Source: Alphaproteobacteria bacterium (GTDB lineage Bacteria > Pseudomonadota > Alphaproteobacteria > Rs-D84). Taken from it: DNA of 64,000 nucleotides. The position numbers and the translations under genes were made by a program. Under the pieces are notes generated by a model that had not been told where the DNA came from, did no database searches, and was given only the letters and a program-made list of their open reading frames with translations. The stretch lies in the NCBI GenBank assembly GCA_017427405.1, contig JAFRSV010000016.1, positions 31,333 through 95,332 on the forward strand. The letters run 5' to 3'. Positions 55,797-64,000 of this stretch are shown piece by piece (the stretch's first letter is position 1; each line of letters starts with the position of its first letter).

Positions 55797-58640
55797 ATGG
55801 CTGGCGTTATAAAAATTCGCGGTGCACGCGAAAATAATCTTAAAAATATCGATTTAGACATACCAAAGAACAAATTGGTGGTTGTGACTGGTGTATCCGG
55901 GTCGGGAAAATCGTCGCTTGCGTTTAATACTATTTATGCCGAAGGGCAAAGGCGGTATGTCGAATCGCTGTCCAGTTATGCACGGCAATTTTTAGATATG
56001 CAAAAAAAACCGGATGTTGATTTAATCGAAGGTTTGGCGCCGGCAATATCAATAGAGCAAAAAACTACGTCAAAAAATCCGCGTTCGACCGTTGGAACGG
56101 TGACGGAAATATATGATTACCTGCGATTACTTTGGGCGCGAATTGGGGTACCGTATTCGCCGGTGACGGGGCTTCCCATAAAATCGCAAACGATTGCGGA
56201 AATGGTCGATTTGACGATGGGTATTCCCGCCGGGACACGTGCGTTTATTATGGCGCCACTGGTTCGGTCGCGTAAGGGTGAATATAAAAAAGAAATCGCG
56301 TTTTTGGTAAAGCAGGGGTATCAGCGTGTAATTATTGACGGGGAACTTTATGATTTAACGGCGGTGCCGCCACTTGATAAAAATAAAAAACACGACATTT
56401 TTGTTATCGTTGACCGGATTCAAATGCCGGCGACGGATGCGACGGATTCGGAACGTGAAGAATTTCGTTCACGTATTTATTCTTCGTTCGAAGGGGCGTT
56501 GCGCCTGGTGCCGGGGTCGGTGATTTTGCGCCGGTTGGATACGAACGAAGATGTTCTTTATTCACAAAATTATGCGTGCCCCGTTAGTGGTTTTGCCGTG
56601 CCGAAAATTGAACCGCGGTTGTTTTCTTTTAATGCGCCGATTGGCGCATGCAGTGCGTGCGATGGTTTGGGCGTGCAATTAAATATGTCGCCTGATTTGG
56701 TTATTCCCGACCCGTCAAAGTCGATTTTGGATGGGGCGATTGCGCCGTGGTCGCGGGGTGGGATGTTGTCGCAATTCGAACACTTGATAAATGCGTTGCA
56801 TCGGCAATATAAAATTCCACTTGGGAAACCGTGGCATATGCTTAGTGAGGAACACAAAAACATTATTCTATACGGTACGGGTGATACACCGATAAAGATA
56901 AATTGGAACGGGTTCGTTTATGAAAAACCGTTTGAAGGTGTGATACCGAACATTGAACGGCGGTGGCGTGAATCTGAATCCGACGCAATGCGGGCGGAAT
57001 TGGCAAAGTACCAATCGGAAAAACCGTGCCCGGTGTGTCATGGAAAACGTCTTAATGTTCAGGCGTTATGTATAAAAATAAATGGTGCGGATATTATTGA
57101 TGTTTGTGATATGTCGATCGATGATTCGTATACATGGTTTATGGATTTGCCGAATCATCTAAGCAAACAAGAAAACGATATTGCAAAAATGGTTCTGCGC
57201 GAAATAACAAGTCGTCTGTTTTTCCTTAAAAATGTCGGACTTGGGTATTTAACAATGTCGCGGATGGCGGGAACACTTTCGGGGGGCGAAGCGCAACGTA
57301 TCCGTCTTGCGTCACAGATTGGCAGTGGCCTGTCGGGTGTTCTTTATGTTTTGGATGAACCGTCGATTGGTTTGCATCAAAGTGATAATGACAAACTGCT
57401 TGAAACACTAAAAATGCTGCGTGATAAAGACAACAGTGTGATTGTCGTTGAACATGACGAAGACGCAATGCGGGCGGCGGATTACCTTATTGATATTGGT
57501 CGTGGCGCGGGTGTGAACGGTGGAAATGTTATTGCCGCCGGCACACCGGCCCAGGTTATAAAAAATAAAAATTCCCTTACGGGTCAGTATTTGTCGGGTG
57601 CAAAAAAAATTCCGGTTCCGAAAAAACGGCGCGCCGGCAATGGACAAAAGATTACCATATATGGTGCGCGGGAAAATAATTTGAAAAATATCGATGTTGA
57701 ATTTCCGCTTGGGAAATTTATTGCGCTAACCGGGGTTTCGGGTTCGGGAAAGTCAACATTGTTGTTGAATACGTTGTATCCGGCATTGATGCGCGCGCTG
57801 TATGGGTCAAAACTTGAATCTGGGGCGCATGATATTATTCGCGGTATGGAAAATATAGACAAGGTTGTGGATATTGACCAATCACCCATCGGACGCAGCC
57901 CGCGCAGCAACCCCGCGACATATACGGGTGTGTTTTCGAATATCCGTGATTTCTTTGCCGAATTGCCAGAGGCCAAGGCGCGCGGATACGGCCCAGGGCG
58001 GTTTTCATTTAATGTAAAAGGTGGCCGGTGCGAGGCATGTCAGGGTGACGGTCAGATAAAAATTGAAATGAATTTCTTGGCGGATGTGTATGTTGAATGC
58101 GACAAATGCCATGGTACGCGATATAACGAAGAAACATTGGCGGTTAAATACAAGGGCAAATCAATTGCGGACGTGTTGGATATGACCGTGGACGAAGCGT
58201 ATCGGTTCTTTATCAATCATCCACAGATTAGTCGCAAGTTAGAATTACTGAAACGCGTAGGTTTGGATTATATAAAATTGGGACAAAGTTCACTTGACCT
58301 TTCGGGGGGCGAAGCCCAGCGTATAAAGCTATCCAAAGAATTATCGGCGCGTGGCACGGGCCAGACGCTTTATATCTTGGACGAACCGACGACGGGACTG
58401 CATTTTGAAGATATTAAACAGTTGCTTGGCGTTCTGCATGAATTTGTAGAGCAGGGCAACACCGTAATTGTTATTGAACATAATTTGGAAGTTATTAAAA
58501 CCGCGGATTGGATTATCGACCTGGGGCCGGTGGGGGGTGCGGGTGGTGGTCGCGTGATTGCAACGGGAACGCCCGAAGATGTGGCGCGTAATCCGGAATC
58601 ACTCACCGGAAAATATTTGGCAAAGTATCTGGACAAATAG
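55797..58640 (+). CDS. uvrA: Excinuclease ABC subunit UvrA
   Basis: Two ABC modules ([12 protein letters not shown]..., [11 protein letters not shown]...) with Zn-finger Cys pairs. 947 aa. Confidence 0.9.
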   Translation: MAGVIKIRGARENNLKNIDLDIPKNKLVVVTGVSGSGKSSLAFNTIYAEGQRRYVESLSSYARQFLDMQKKPDVDLIEGLAPAISIEQKTTSKNPRSTVGTVTEIYDYLRLLWARIGVPYSPVTGLPIKSQTIAEMVDLTMGIPAGTRAFIMAPLVRSRKGEYKKEIAFLVKQGYQRVIIDGELYDLTAVPPLDKNKKHDIFVIVDRIQMPATDATDSEREEFRSRIYSSFEGALRLVPGSVILRRLDTNEDVLYSQNYACPVSGFAVPKIEPRLFSFNAPIGACSACDGLGVQLNMSPDLVIPDPSKSILDGAIAPWSRGGMLSQFEHLINALHRQYKIPLGKPWHMLSEEHKNIILYGTGDTPIKINWNGFVYEKPFEGVIPNIERRWRESESDAMRAELAKYQSEKPCPVCHGKRLNVQALCIKINGADIIDVCDMSIDDSYTWFMDLPNHLSKQENDIAKMVLREITSRLFFLKNVGLGYLTMSRMAGTLSGGEAQRIRLASQIGSGLSGVLYVLDEPSIGLHQSDNDKLLETLKMLRDKDNSVIVVEHDEDAMRAADYLIDIGRGAGVNGGNVIAAGTPAQVIKNKNSLTGQYLSGAKKIPVPKKRRAGNGQKITIYGARENNLKNIDVEFPLGKFIALTGVSGSGKSTLLLNTLYPALMRALYGSKLESGAHDIIRGMENIDKVVDIDQSPIGRSPRSNPATYTGVFSNIRDFFAELPEAKARGYGPGRFSFNVKGGRCEACQGDGQIKIEMNFLADVYVECDKCHGTRYNEETLAVKYKGKSIADVLDMTVDEAYRFFINHPQISRKLELLKRVGLDYIKLGQSSLDLSGGEAQRIKLSKELSARGTGQTLYILDEPTTGLHFEDIKQLLGVLHEFVEQGNTVIVIEHNLEVIKTADWIIDLGPVGGAGGGRVIATGTPEDVARNPESLTGKYLAKYLDK

Positions 58641-58680
58641 GGTTTAGTAAAATAAAATCTAGTGAAAAAAGGAGAACAAA

Positions 58681-59163
58681 ATGTTTGGATTTGGCAAAAA
58701 GAAAAAAGAAGAAAATGTAAATTTGGAAGAACCGCACGTGCCAAAGGGCATGAAGGAAACCGCCGAACGTATGATGGCGGGTGTGTTCGATATGAATGAT
58801 ATGTTGGCGCAATTGAAACAGATTAAGAAAATGAGTAATTTTAGTGGATTGCTTAAAATGGTGCCGGGTATGTCGAACGCGGTGTCGGCAATCAAAGAAA
58901 AAATTAAGGACGGCAGTGTTGATTCGCAAATTAAGATATTAGAGGCGATGACCGCCGCCGAACGCGCGGAACCGGAAAAAATCTTTGCAAATGCCAAGGC
59001 GCGCATTGCAGAGGCGGCGGGTGTGACTGTGCGCGATGTGGAACACATTATTAAACAATACACAAAAATGAAACAGCAAATGTCGATGATTCAGCGTATG
59101 GGCGGGATGGAAGCCGTTATGGAACGTATGAAACAGGGCGGTGGCGAACCGGGCGCGAAATAA
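58681..59163 (+). CDS. Orphan SRP54/Ffh M-domain protein (160 aa). The NG GTPase domain is absent from this locus.
   Basis: FDMNDMLAQLKQIKKMS...PGM...ERAEPEKIF.NAKARIAEAAGVTVRDVEHIIKQYTKMKQQMSMI aligns colinearly with the Ffh M domain (FDLNDFLEQLRQMKNMG...RIAAGCGMQVQDVNRLLKQFDDMQRMM). Strong RBS AAGGAGAA. Confidence 0.55.
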   Translation: MFGFGKKKKEENVNLEEPHVPKGMKETAERMMAGVFDMNDMLAQLKQIKKMSNFSGLLKMVPGMSNAVSAIKEKIKDGSVDSQIKILEAMTAAERAEPEKIFANAKARIAEAAGVTVRDVEHIIKQYTKMKQQMSMIQRMGGMEAVMERMKQGGGEPGAK

Positions 59164-59196
59164 AAATAGTCGTAATATAAAAAAAGGGCAATCGTA

Positions 59197-59565
59197 ATGC
59201 GCATTTTTGGATACAATATTGCATATCAAATTCCAGGAATAGACGACCTTACCCCAATAAATGTAGGAAACGTTTTTCCCGTTCAAGAGGACGAACGCGA
59301 CATACGTGGTTGGTCTTTTACAGCGGAATATTCCGGCGACCTTACACAGCATTTAACCAAAAAATTAACACTGCACGAAAAACATCTTGGTGAAAAATCT
59401 TGTAATATTATTTTGCATTCCTTGTTACGAAACGGAAATACAAAAGTCATATATTATTACAGTAGACGAAACGCCATCGACCCAACGGACGCATACCACC
59501 GGGCATCTATGGCCAATAGTGTACTATTTTGTGCCGCAAGGGAAAATGAAAAACGTGTTGCATAA
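59197..59565 (+). CDS. Hypothetical protein (122 aa)
   Basis: ORF with a weak RBS. No recognisable domain. Confidence 0.3.
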   Translation: MRIFGYNIAYQIPGIDDLTPINVGNVFPVQEDERDIRGWSFTAEYSGDLTQHLTKKLTLHEKHLGEKSCNIILHSLLRNGNTKVIYYYSRRNAIDPTDAYHRASMANSVLFCAARENEKRVA

Positions 59566-59893
59566 TGAAAATAACAACCAGGTAGATATAAAATGGTAAT
59601 AAATTCAGTTCAACCCATTTTTCATGATTGGTGTAATCCTAAAATATTTTATGTGGTGATCAACGTGCGCGTCAGCGGAAGTATGATGCCCGTAAATCCA
59701 ACTCCAGATTTTCCTTGCGCCTTTGGTGGAGGTATTGCAGAACATAAATATGTGAGCGGGGAATATAACTATATAGTGAAGTATCGTTTTTGGAATAAGA
59801 TGTTTGCAAAATGGTTTTATAATAGAATGAACAGAAAGTGTCGTCGTTAGTGTGAAAAAAAAGAAAATAACAAATAGTAGAAGGACTAAAAAT

Positions 59894-60109
59894 ATGTCAG
59901 TAGAAATTGAAAATATAAGAAGTAAACCGTTATATAACCCACAGACGGGAAAATTGCGTGGGTGGGAATTATCGTGGGTGATAAAAGATGGACCTGTAAC
60001 CGCGTGGCCTTCGAAGACTTTTTATGAAGGGCGTTTTAGGAATAGTTACAAGGCGATGTGTCGGTTTACAAATGATTTGTTAGCAAAACAAAATGAAAAT
60101 AACAAATAA
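59894..60109 (+). CDS. Hypothetical small protein (71 aa). Its last 6 codons plus stop are encoded by a duplicated copy of the rlmE start region.
   Basis: RBS AGAAGGA. The C-terminus QNENNK* is the sequence AAAATGAAAATAACAAATAAA, which recurs at the rlmE start. Confidence 0.3.
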   Translation: MSVEIENIRSKPLYNPQTGKLRGWELSWVIKDGPVTAWPSKTFYEGRFRNSYKAMCRFTNDLLAKQNENNK

Positions 60110-60206
60110 AAAATCCCGCACTCGCCCTGATGACCGCCGTTCGGTGGCGAACGGCGCAGGCGGGCTCTGCGGGATGACAATAAAATGAAAATAACAAATA
60201 AAAAAA
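60090..60206. repeat. 68-bp palindromic element (TCCCGCACTCGCC...GGCGGGCTCTGCGGGATGACAA) flanked by a 24-bp direct duplication AAAATGAAAATAACAAATAAAAAA that includes the rlmE start codon
   Basis: The direct repeat is perfect. The interior is a near-perfect inverted repeat. Confidence 0.7.
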
Positions 60207-60844
60207 TTGCGAAACATAAATCTTCGGTGGCGTGGTTAACGCGCCAGGCCGCCGACCCCTATGTTGCACGGGCGCGGCGTGATGGTTATCGGGCGCGGGC
60301 GGCATATAAACTGATTGAGATAAATGAAAAATATAAATTTTTGAAAAATGGTCAGGTGGTCGTTGACCTTGGGGCGGCACCGGGGTCATGGTCGCAATTT
60401 ATTGCGCGGACTTTTCCGCGGACAAAAATCTTTGCGATGGATTTGTTGGAAATAACACCAATCAACAATGTTGAATTTTATCAGGGTGATTTTACAACGG
60501 ATGCAGCACTGCGGTGGTTAGAAGAAAAACTAAAATTGGATGACAATGCAAATGGGGTGGTTGATGTTGTTGTGTCGGATATGGCGCCGAATACCGTTGG
60601 ACATCAAAAGACCGATCATTTGCGGCAAATGGTTTTGTTGGAATATGCGTTTGATTTTGCGTGCCGTGCTTTAAAGCCGGGGGGAACATTTGTTGCAAAA
60701 TCTTTTACGGGCGGAACGACGAATGAATTGTTGAAACAAATAAAACAGAAATTCGAATCGGTACATCATGTGAAACCGGCGGCATCGCGCAAGGATTCTG
60801 TTGAAATGTTTATTGTTGGACTTGGGTTCAAAAATAATGTATAA
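60185..60844 (+). CDS. rlmE: 23S rRNA (uridine2552-2'-O)-methyltransferase RlmE/FtsJ
   Basis: ...SRAAYKLIEINEKYKFLKNGQVVVDLGAAPGSWSQ...VVSDMAPN.... Confidence 0.85.
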   Translation: MKITNKKIAKHKSSVAWLTRQAADPYVARARRDGYRARAAYKLIEINEKYKFLKNGQVVVDLGAAPGSWSQFIARTFPRTKIFAMDLLEITPINNVEFYQGDFTTDAALRWLEEKLKLDDNANGVVDVVVSDMAPNTVGHQKTDHLRQMVLLEYAFDFACRALKPGGTFVAKSFTGGTTNELLKQIKQKFESVHHVKPAASRKDSVEMFIVGLGFKNNV

Positions 60845-60870
60845 TGTGTTCATAAAACAAAGGAGAGAAT

Positions 60871-61404
60871 ATGCCAGTTGCAAAAAAGAAAACATCAGCA
60901 AAGAAAACAACAACAGCGAGAAAATCCGTGAAACGTGCGCCGGTGCGTCGTGCGGTTGTGCGCGAAACCGGGGTTCAAACACCAAAACAACAACGTCGCA
61001 TGGTCGGACCGCTTTCGGCGATTGCAAGTTTTTGGCGTCGATATTTTGATTTTGTTGGGCGTTCAACGCGTGCGGAATTTTGGTTTGGATATTTGTTTGC
61101 ATATATTGTGAATTTCTGTTTCGCGTATTTTATCGGCGGAACGGTATCTTTGGTGGTTAGTGCGATTTTGTTCATCCCGGTGCTTTCGCTTTCGGTTCGT
61201 CGTTTCCGTGATGCGGGAATTTCGGTGTGGCTTTATCTTGTTCCGGTGTTGTTGGTGTATTTGATACCGGTGATTCGCGGTTCGGCATGGTACACGATGA
61301 TATCATTTGGGTATGTGTCGTCGGGTATGGCATTGTACGCGTTGTTCTTTATCATCGATACGATATTCAATATCGTGGTTGCATGCTTGCCAAGTAAGAA
61401 ATAA
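60871..61404 (+). CDS. DUF805-family inner-membrane protein with Lys/Arg-rich N-terminal tail
   Basis: ...RSTRAEFWFGYLF...RRFRDAGIS.W is the DUF805 signature. RBS AAAGGAGAG. Confidence 0.6.
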   Translation: MPVAKKKTSAKKTTTARKSVKRAPVRRAVVRETGVQTPKQQRRMVGPLSAIASFWRRYFDFVGRSTRAEFWFGYLFAYIVNFCFAYFIGGTVSLVVSAILFIPVLSLSVRRFRDAGISVWLYLVPVLLVYLIPVIRGSAWYTMISFGYVSSGMALYALFFIIDTIFNIVVACLPSKK

Positions 61405-61490
61405 GTGTTAGTGGTTAGTGTAAGTGATTAGTAAACCGGCGCGTTGCGCCGGTTTTTTGTTTTTACACTAACCACTTAAACTTCCCACTA
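61405..61490. terminator. Family A repeat + hairpin terminator (AACCGGCGCGTTGCGCCGGTTTTTTG) + inverted family A repeat
   Basis: GTGTTAGTGGTTAGTGTAAGTGATTAG ... hairpin ... ACACTAACCACTTAAAC. Confidence 0.7.
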
Positions 61491-62192
61491 TTTCGGGAAA
61501 TGGATTGAACGTTGGGTTGCGGCGGATGTTTGCATTGCACCGAAACGCGCGTTCGCCATAAACGTTGTTATGAAATTGTTAACCCCCGGATTATACTGTG
61601 CACCATTAAGGACAATGATTACCGGATTTTCACCATCGCAATCAATACTATATTTCGACGGGTCATATCTTTTTCCATAACATTTGCCATCCAATGTAGC
61701 GACATAGTTTTGGCCGGCCAATTCACGGCATGTTGGCGCAGGGCCAATTTCGCCGTTCGCGACCGTTTCCGTTGGGTTGGATAAAATTCCATTACACCAA
61801 ACACGCACGTATTCGCCGTTTATTAAAACCATTGCGCCGTTTTGTGATGTTTTGCGTGCGCCATAGCATCCGTCAGCGGCGACATAAACATTTGTGTCAA
61901 AATCAGAACTTATTCCGTTGCCACGCGCAATGTCGTCACGATTCATTGCAATTGCATCCGCGCCGCCCGAACTAAGTGCGGACGCACATATAATCTTTCG
62001 CCCGCGACAATTGCCGGATGTGTCCCAACTGGTGTCCGAATCTGTATCGATGCCGGGTGTGTTCCGTGTATAGCAAAGTGCATCGTTGATGGTGCAGATT
62101 GTGTCGTGCATCCACCAAAAATCAGTTGTCGCCCCAAACGCGGCACCATATGCGGTACAACCGATAAACAAAATTGCAAATTGTTTTTTCAT
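61488..62192 (-). CDS. Secreted protein (about 234 aa) with signal peptide and 12 or more Cys. Its own consensus promoter lies immediately upstream.
   Basis: MKKQFAILFIGCTAYGAAFG. RBS GGAAAGGAAAA. Promoter TTGCAC-N17-TATAAT at 62209-62237. Confidence 0.5.
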   Translation of the reverse strand: MKKQFAILFIGCTAYGAAFGATTDFWWMHDTICTINDALCYTRNTPGIDTDSDTSWDTSGNCRGRKIICASALSSGGADAIAMNRDDIARGNGISSDFDTNVYVAADGCYGARKTSQNGAMVLINGEYVRVWCNGILSNPTETVANGEIGPAPTCRELAGQNYVATLDGKCYGKRYDPSKYSIDCDGENPVIIVLNGAQYNPGVNNFITTFMANARFGAMQTSAATQRSIHFPK

Positions 62193-62208
62193 TTTTCCTT
62201 TCCCCCGT

Positions 62209-62237
62209 ATTATATCAGTTTTTTTTGCCCGGTGCAA
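62209..62237 (-). promoter_or_regulatory. Consensus sigma-70 promoter TTGCAC-N17-TATAAT
   Basis: Read on the minus strand, directly after the stop of the upstream gene. Confidence 0.6.
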
Positions 62238-62242
62238 GTTAT

Positions 62243-63997
62243 CTATGGTTCGCGACACATCCCCCATTTTTCATTTGCATTTGTTTGGTTATAGAAATCC
62301 ATATACTTTGGTGCGGATGCGTCGTTTGTCCATGTGCCGCCCATGTCGGTGCATTCGCGCGCAAGCACCGTTGCCATGTCGGTGCGCACAGAATCCATAA
62401 TCGTGTTCACATCGGCCAAGACCGATATTGGTAATACGGCATTGGGTTGTGCATAGTCGGATGGGCGCATACAATACTGCATCGCATAGTTCACCATTTT
62501 TTGATATAAACTGCCCGCGTAATCGCCACAATCAACACCAACCCGGTGTGGACCGTTTTCATCGCATACCCATTCGTCGTTGTTTGGACATACCAGGCAT
62601 TTATGTTTGCCATTATATACGTCAAGATAAAATCCGGATTTGCAACTTGTATATTCGCGGTTTTCCCAACACATGTATTCTGATGATGGGTTGCCAACGA
62701 TATTGTTGATGAAATTATCGCCCGGTATTATCGGTGTGCCGGTGTATGAACCCGGTTGAACATAATTGCAATCGGGGTTGTTTGCGTAACTGATATCGCC
62801 GGGGGTATAAACACGGCAACCGTATGGATATTCATGCGTTGTGTCATTGTTTGAAACGCGGCACAGTTTTTTTGCATAATCTTTTAGGGTCCCCAGGCAA
62901 TTTTGCGAAATTTTTTGGCTTACGATATTACGCATTTCCGTCACCAATCGTTGAAGTCCGTTCGGGCCGCCACCGTAAAGATTGCTGCATGTTTCCAATT
63001 TTTCCGAACATTGTTCTTCGGACAATTCAAGACGTGCGCCAATTACCATTTGTTCTTCGATATTACTGTAATCGCGCAGACGTTGTGTTTCCGTATTATA
63101 GCATGTATTCACAACGTCCATACATTCGTTTTTAACCTGTTGAATGCGCGATTGTTGACCTTGGTATATTTCGGTTATCGCCTGGCGCAGGTATTCGTCC
63201 CAAACCGTGTCCGCGATGTCGCGGCATGTTTCAAGTGTATGTTCGGCAAATTTCCGCTTCGCGTTTAATTCGGTCACAAGTTTTGCGTTTATGCTGTTGG
63301 TTAAAATGTTGCCGGACAGTGAAATCTGGTCATTCAATTTATAGAAATTTTTTGAATATATTGGTTTGCCGGTTGCGCGTTCGATGTAAAGACCGGTTAA
63401 ATCCAAACAATGAATATAGTTTGCACCGCATGCCGTGTCCGCGGTTATGTCTGCGCGCACGCCGGCGATGCATTCATTTATCGCGGTTGAATTGTGCGAA
63501 TCATAGTTCTGAAGTCGTGCCGCATTCATTTCCCGATTCGTTTCACGGATTGCGGCGTTTGCACTTATCGATTGTTTTTCAAGCGCGGTCTGTAATATCG
63601 AACAATCGTTTTCAATATACATTCCATACGCCGATGCAACCATATTTAGTGTTGTCATCGATGAACACGTTGGCATGACAAGTTCGGCGCACTGGGCATG
63701 TACGGCGTTGTACAATGGTTCCCCCGTAAGGTTTGCAATGTTTGCGCCGGATACAACATCGGTCGTGTTCCATATTTGATTTATATTGCCGGCAATATCC
63801 AATGTGCCCGCGGTCGACAGTGAATTTGTTTTCGCCTTTTTTAGCACATCGCCGATTGCGGTTAGTTTTTTATTTGATGCAGAATTATCGTGTGTGCCGG
63901 CAAGTTTTTTTTCGCCGTCACTTGCGCTTAGCATTGCTTTGACTTCTTCGGGTGTTTTTAGAATTGCATCAATGTTCAAATCTTTGAAATCTTGCAA
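62243..63997 (-). CDS. Cysteine-rich protein, paralog family (partial; 5' end runs off the right edge)
   Basis: The frame remains open through position 64000. More than 40 Cys. No signal peptide is visible because the N-terminus lies outside the window. Confidence 0.5.
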   Translation of the reverse strand: MQDFKDLNIDAILKTPEEVKAMLSASDGEKKLAGTHDNSASNKKLTAIGDVLKKAKTNSLSTAGTLDIAGNINQIWNTTDVVSGANIANLTGEPLYNAVHAQCAELVMPTCSSMTTLNMVASAYGMYIENDCSILQTALEKQSISANAAIRETNREMNAARLQNYDSHNSTAINECIAGVRADITADTACGANYIHCLDLTGLYIERATGKPIYSKNFYKLNDQISLSGNILTNSINAKLVTELNAKRKFAEHTLETCRDIADTVWDEYLRQAITEIYQGQQSRIQQVKNECMDVVNTCYNTETQRLRDYSNIEEQMVIGARLELSEEQCSEKLETCSNLYGGGPNGLQRLVTEMRNIVSQKISQNCLGTLKDYAKKLCRVSNNDTTHEYPYGCRVYTPGDISYANNPDCNYVQPGSYTGTPIIPGDNFINNIVGNPSSEYMCWENREYTSCKSGFYLDVYNGKHKCLVCPNNDEWVCDENGPHRVGVDCGDYAGSLYQKMVNYAMQYCMRPSDYAQPNAVLPISVLADVNTIMDSVRTDMATVLARECTDMGGTWTNDASAPKYMDFYNQTNANEKWGMCREP

Positions 63998-64000
63998 TTG

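Noticed and set aside
1-64000. Prophage, IS elements, integrons, plasmid genes
   Set aside because: No integrase, transposase, recombinase, phage structural or relaxase signatures were seen in any frame. Mobile DNA here is limited to non-autonomous palindromic repeats.

Overview
The window looks like a chromosomal segment from an alphaproteobacterium (inferred from the CcrM-type adenine methyltransferase plus NrdR, RodZ and DUF1015), about 47% GC, with no transposases, integrases, phage genes or CRISPR. Recognisable housekeeping genes are rpsF-rpsR-rplI, pgk, tkt, tpiA, grpE, clpP-clpX, infA, uvrA, rlmE, recO-rnhA, rnhB, nrdR, a Dus-family gene, MscS, TspO, FtsB, RodZ, PpiD and a DsbA-like oxidoreductase, plus tRNA-Gln(CUG) and tRNA-Arg(UCU). 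About half of the coding capacity is accessory envelope material: at least 10 paralogous signal-peptide cysteine-rich proteins (several in tandem pairs, many carrying a glycine-zipper helix), two large autotransporter-like surface proteins (one with Pmp-type repeats, one with an N-terminal ankyrin repeat), and a MotA/MotB-type stator pair outside any flagellar context. Three families of small paralogs also stand out, one of which has an ACP-like carrier domain. Intergenic DNA is full of short palindromic/MITE-like repeats: GTGTTAGTG/GTGTAAGTG arrays that bracket hairpin terminators, TTGTCAT...ATGACAA palindromes, and a roughly 190-bp element. Two elements are flanked by unusually long duplications (24 bp and 80 bp) of gene termini. 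An orphan SRP54 (Ffh) M-domain gene sits downstream of uvrA. Many consensus sigma-70 promoters and Rho-independent terminators are readable. The supplied ORF track uses GTG/TTG starts; I re-derived starts at internal ATGs with Shine-Dalgarno support where possible. Hand-indexed coordinates may be off by 1-2 nt.
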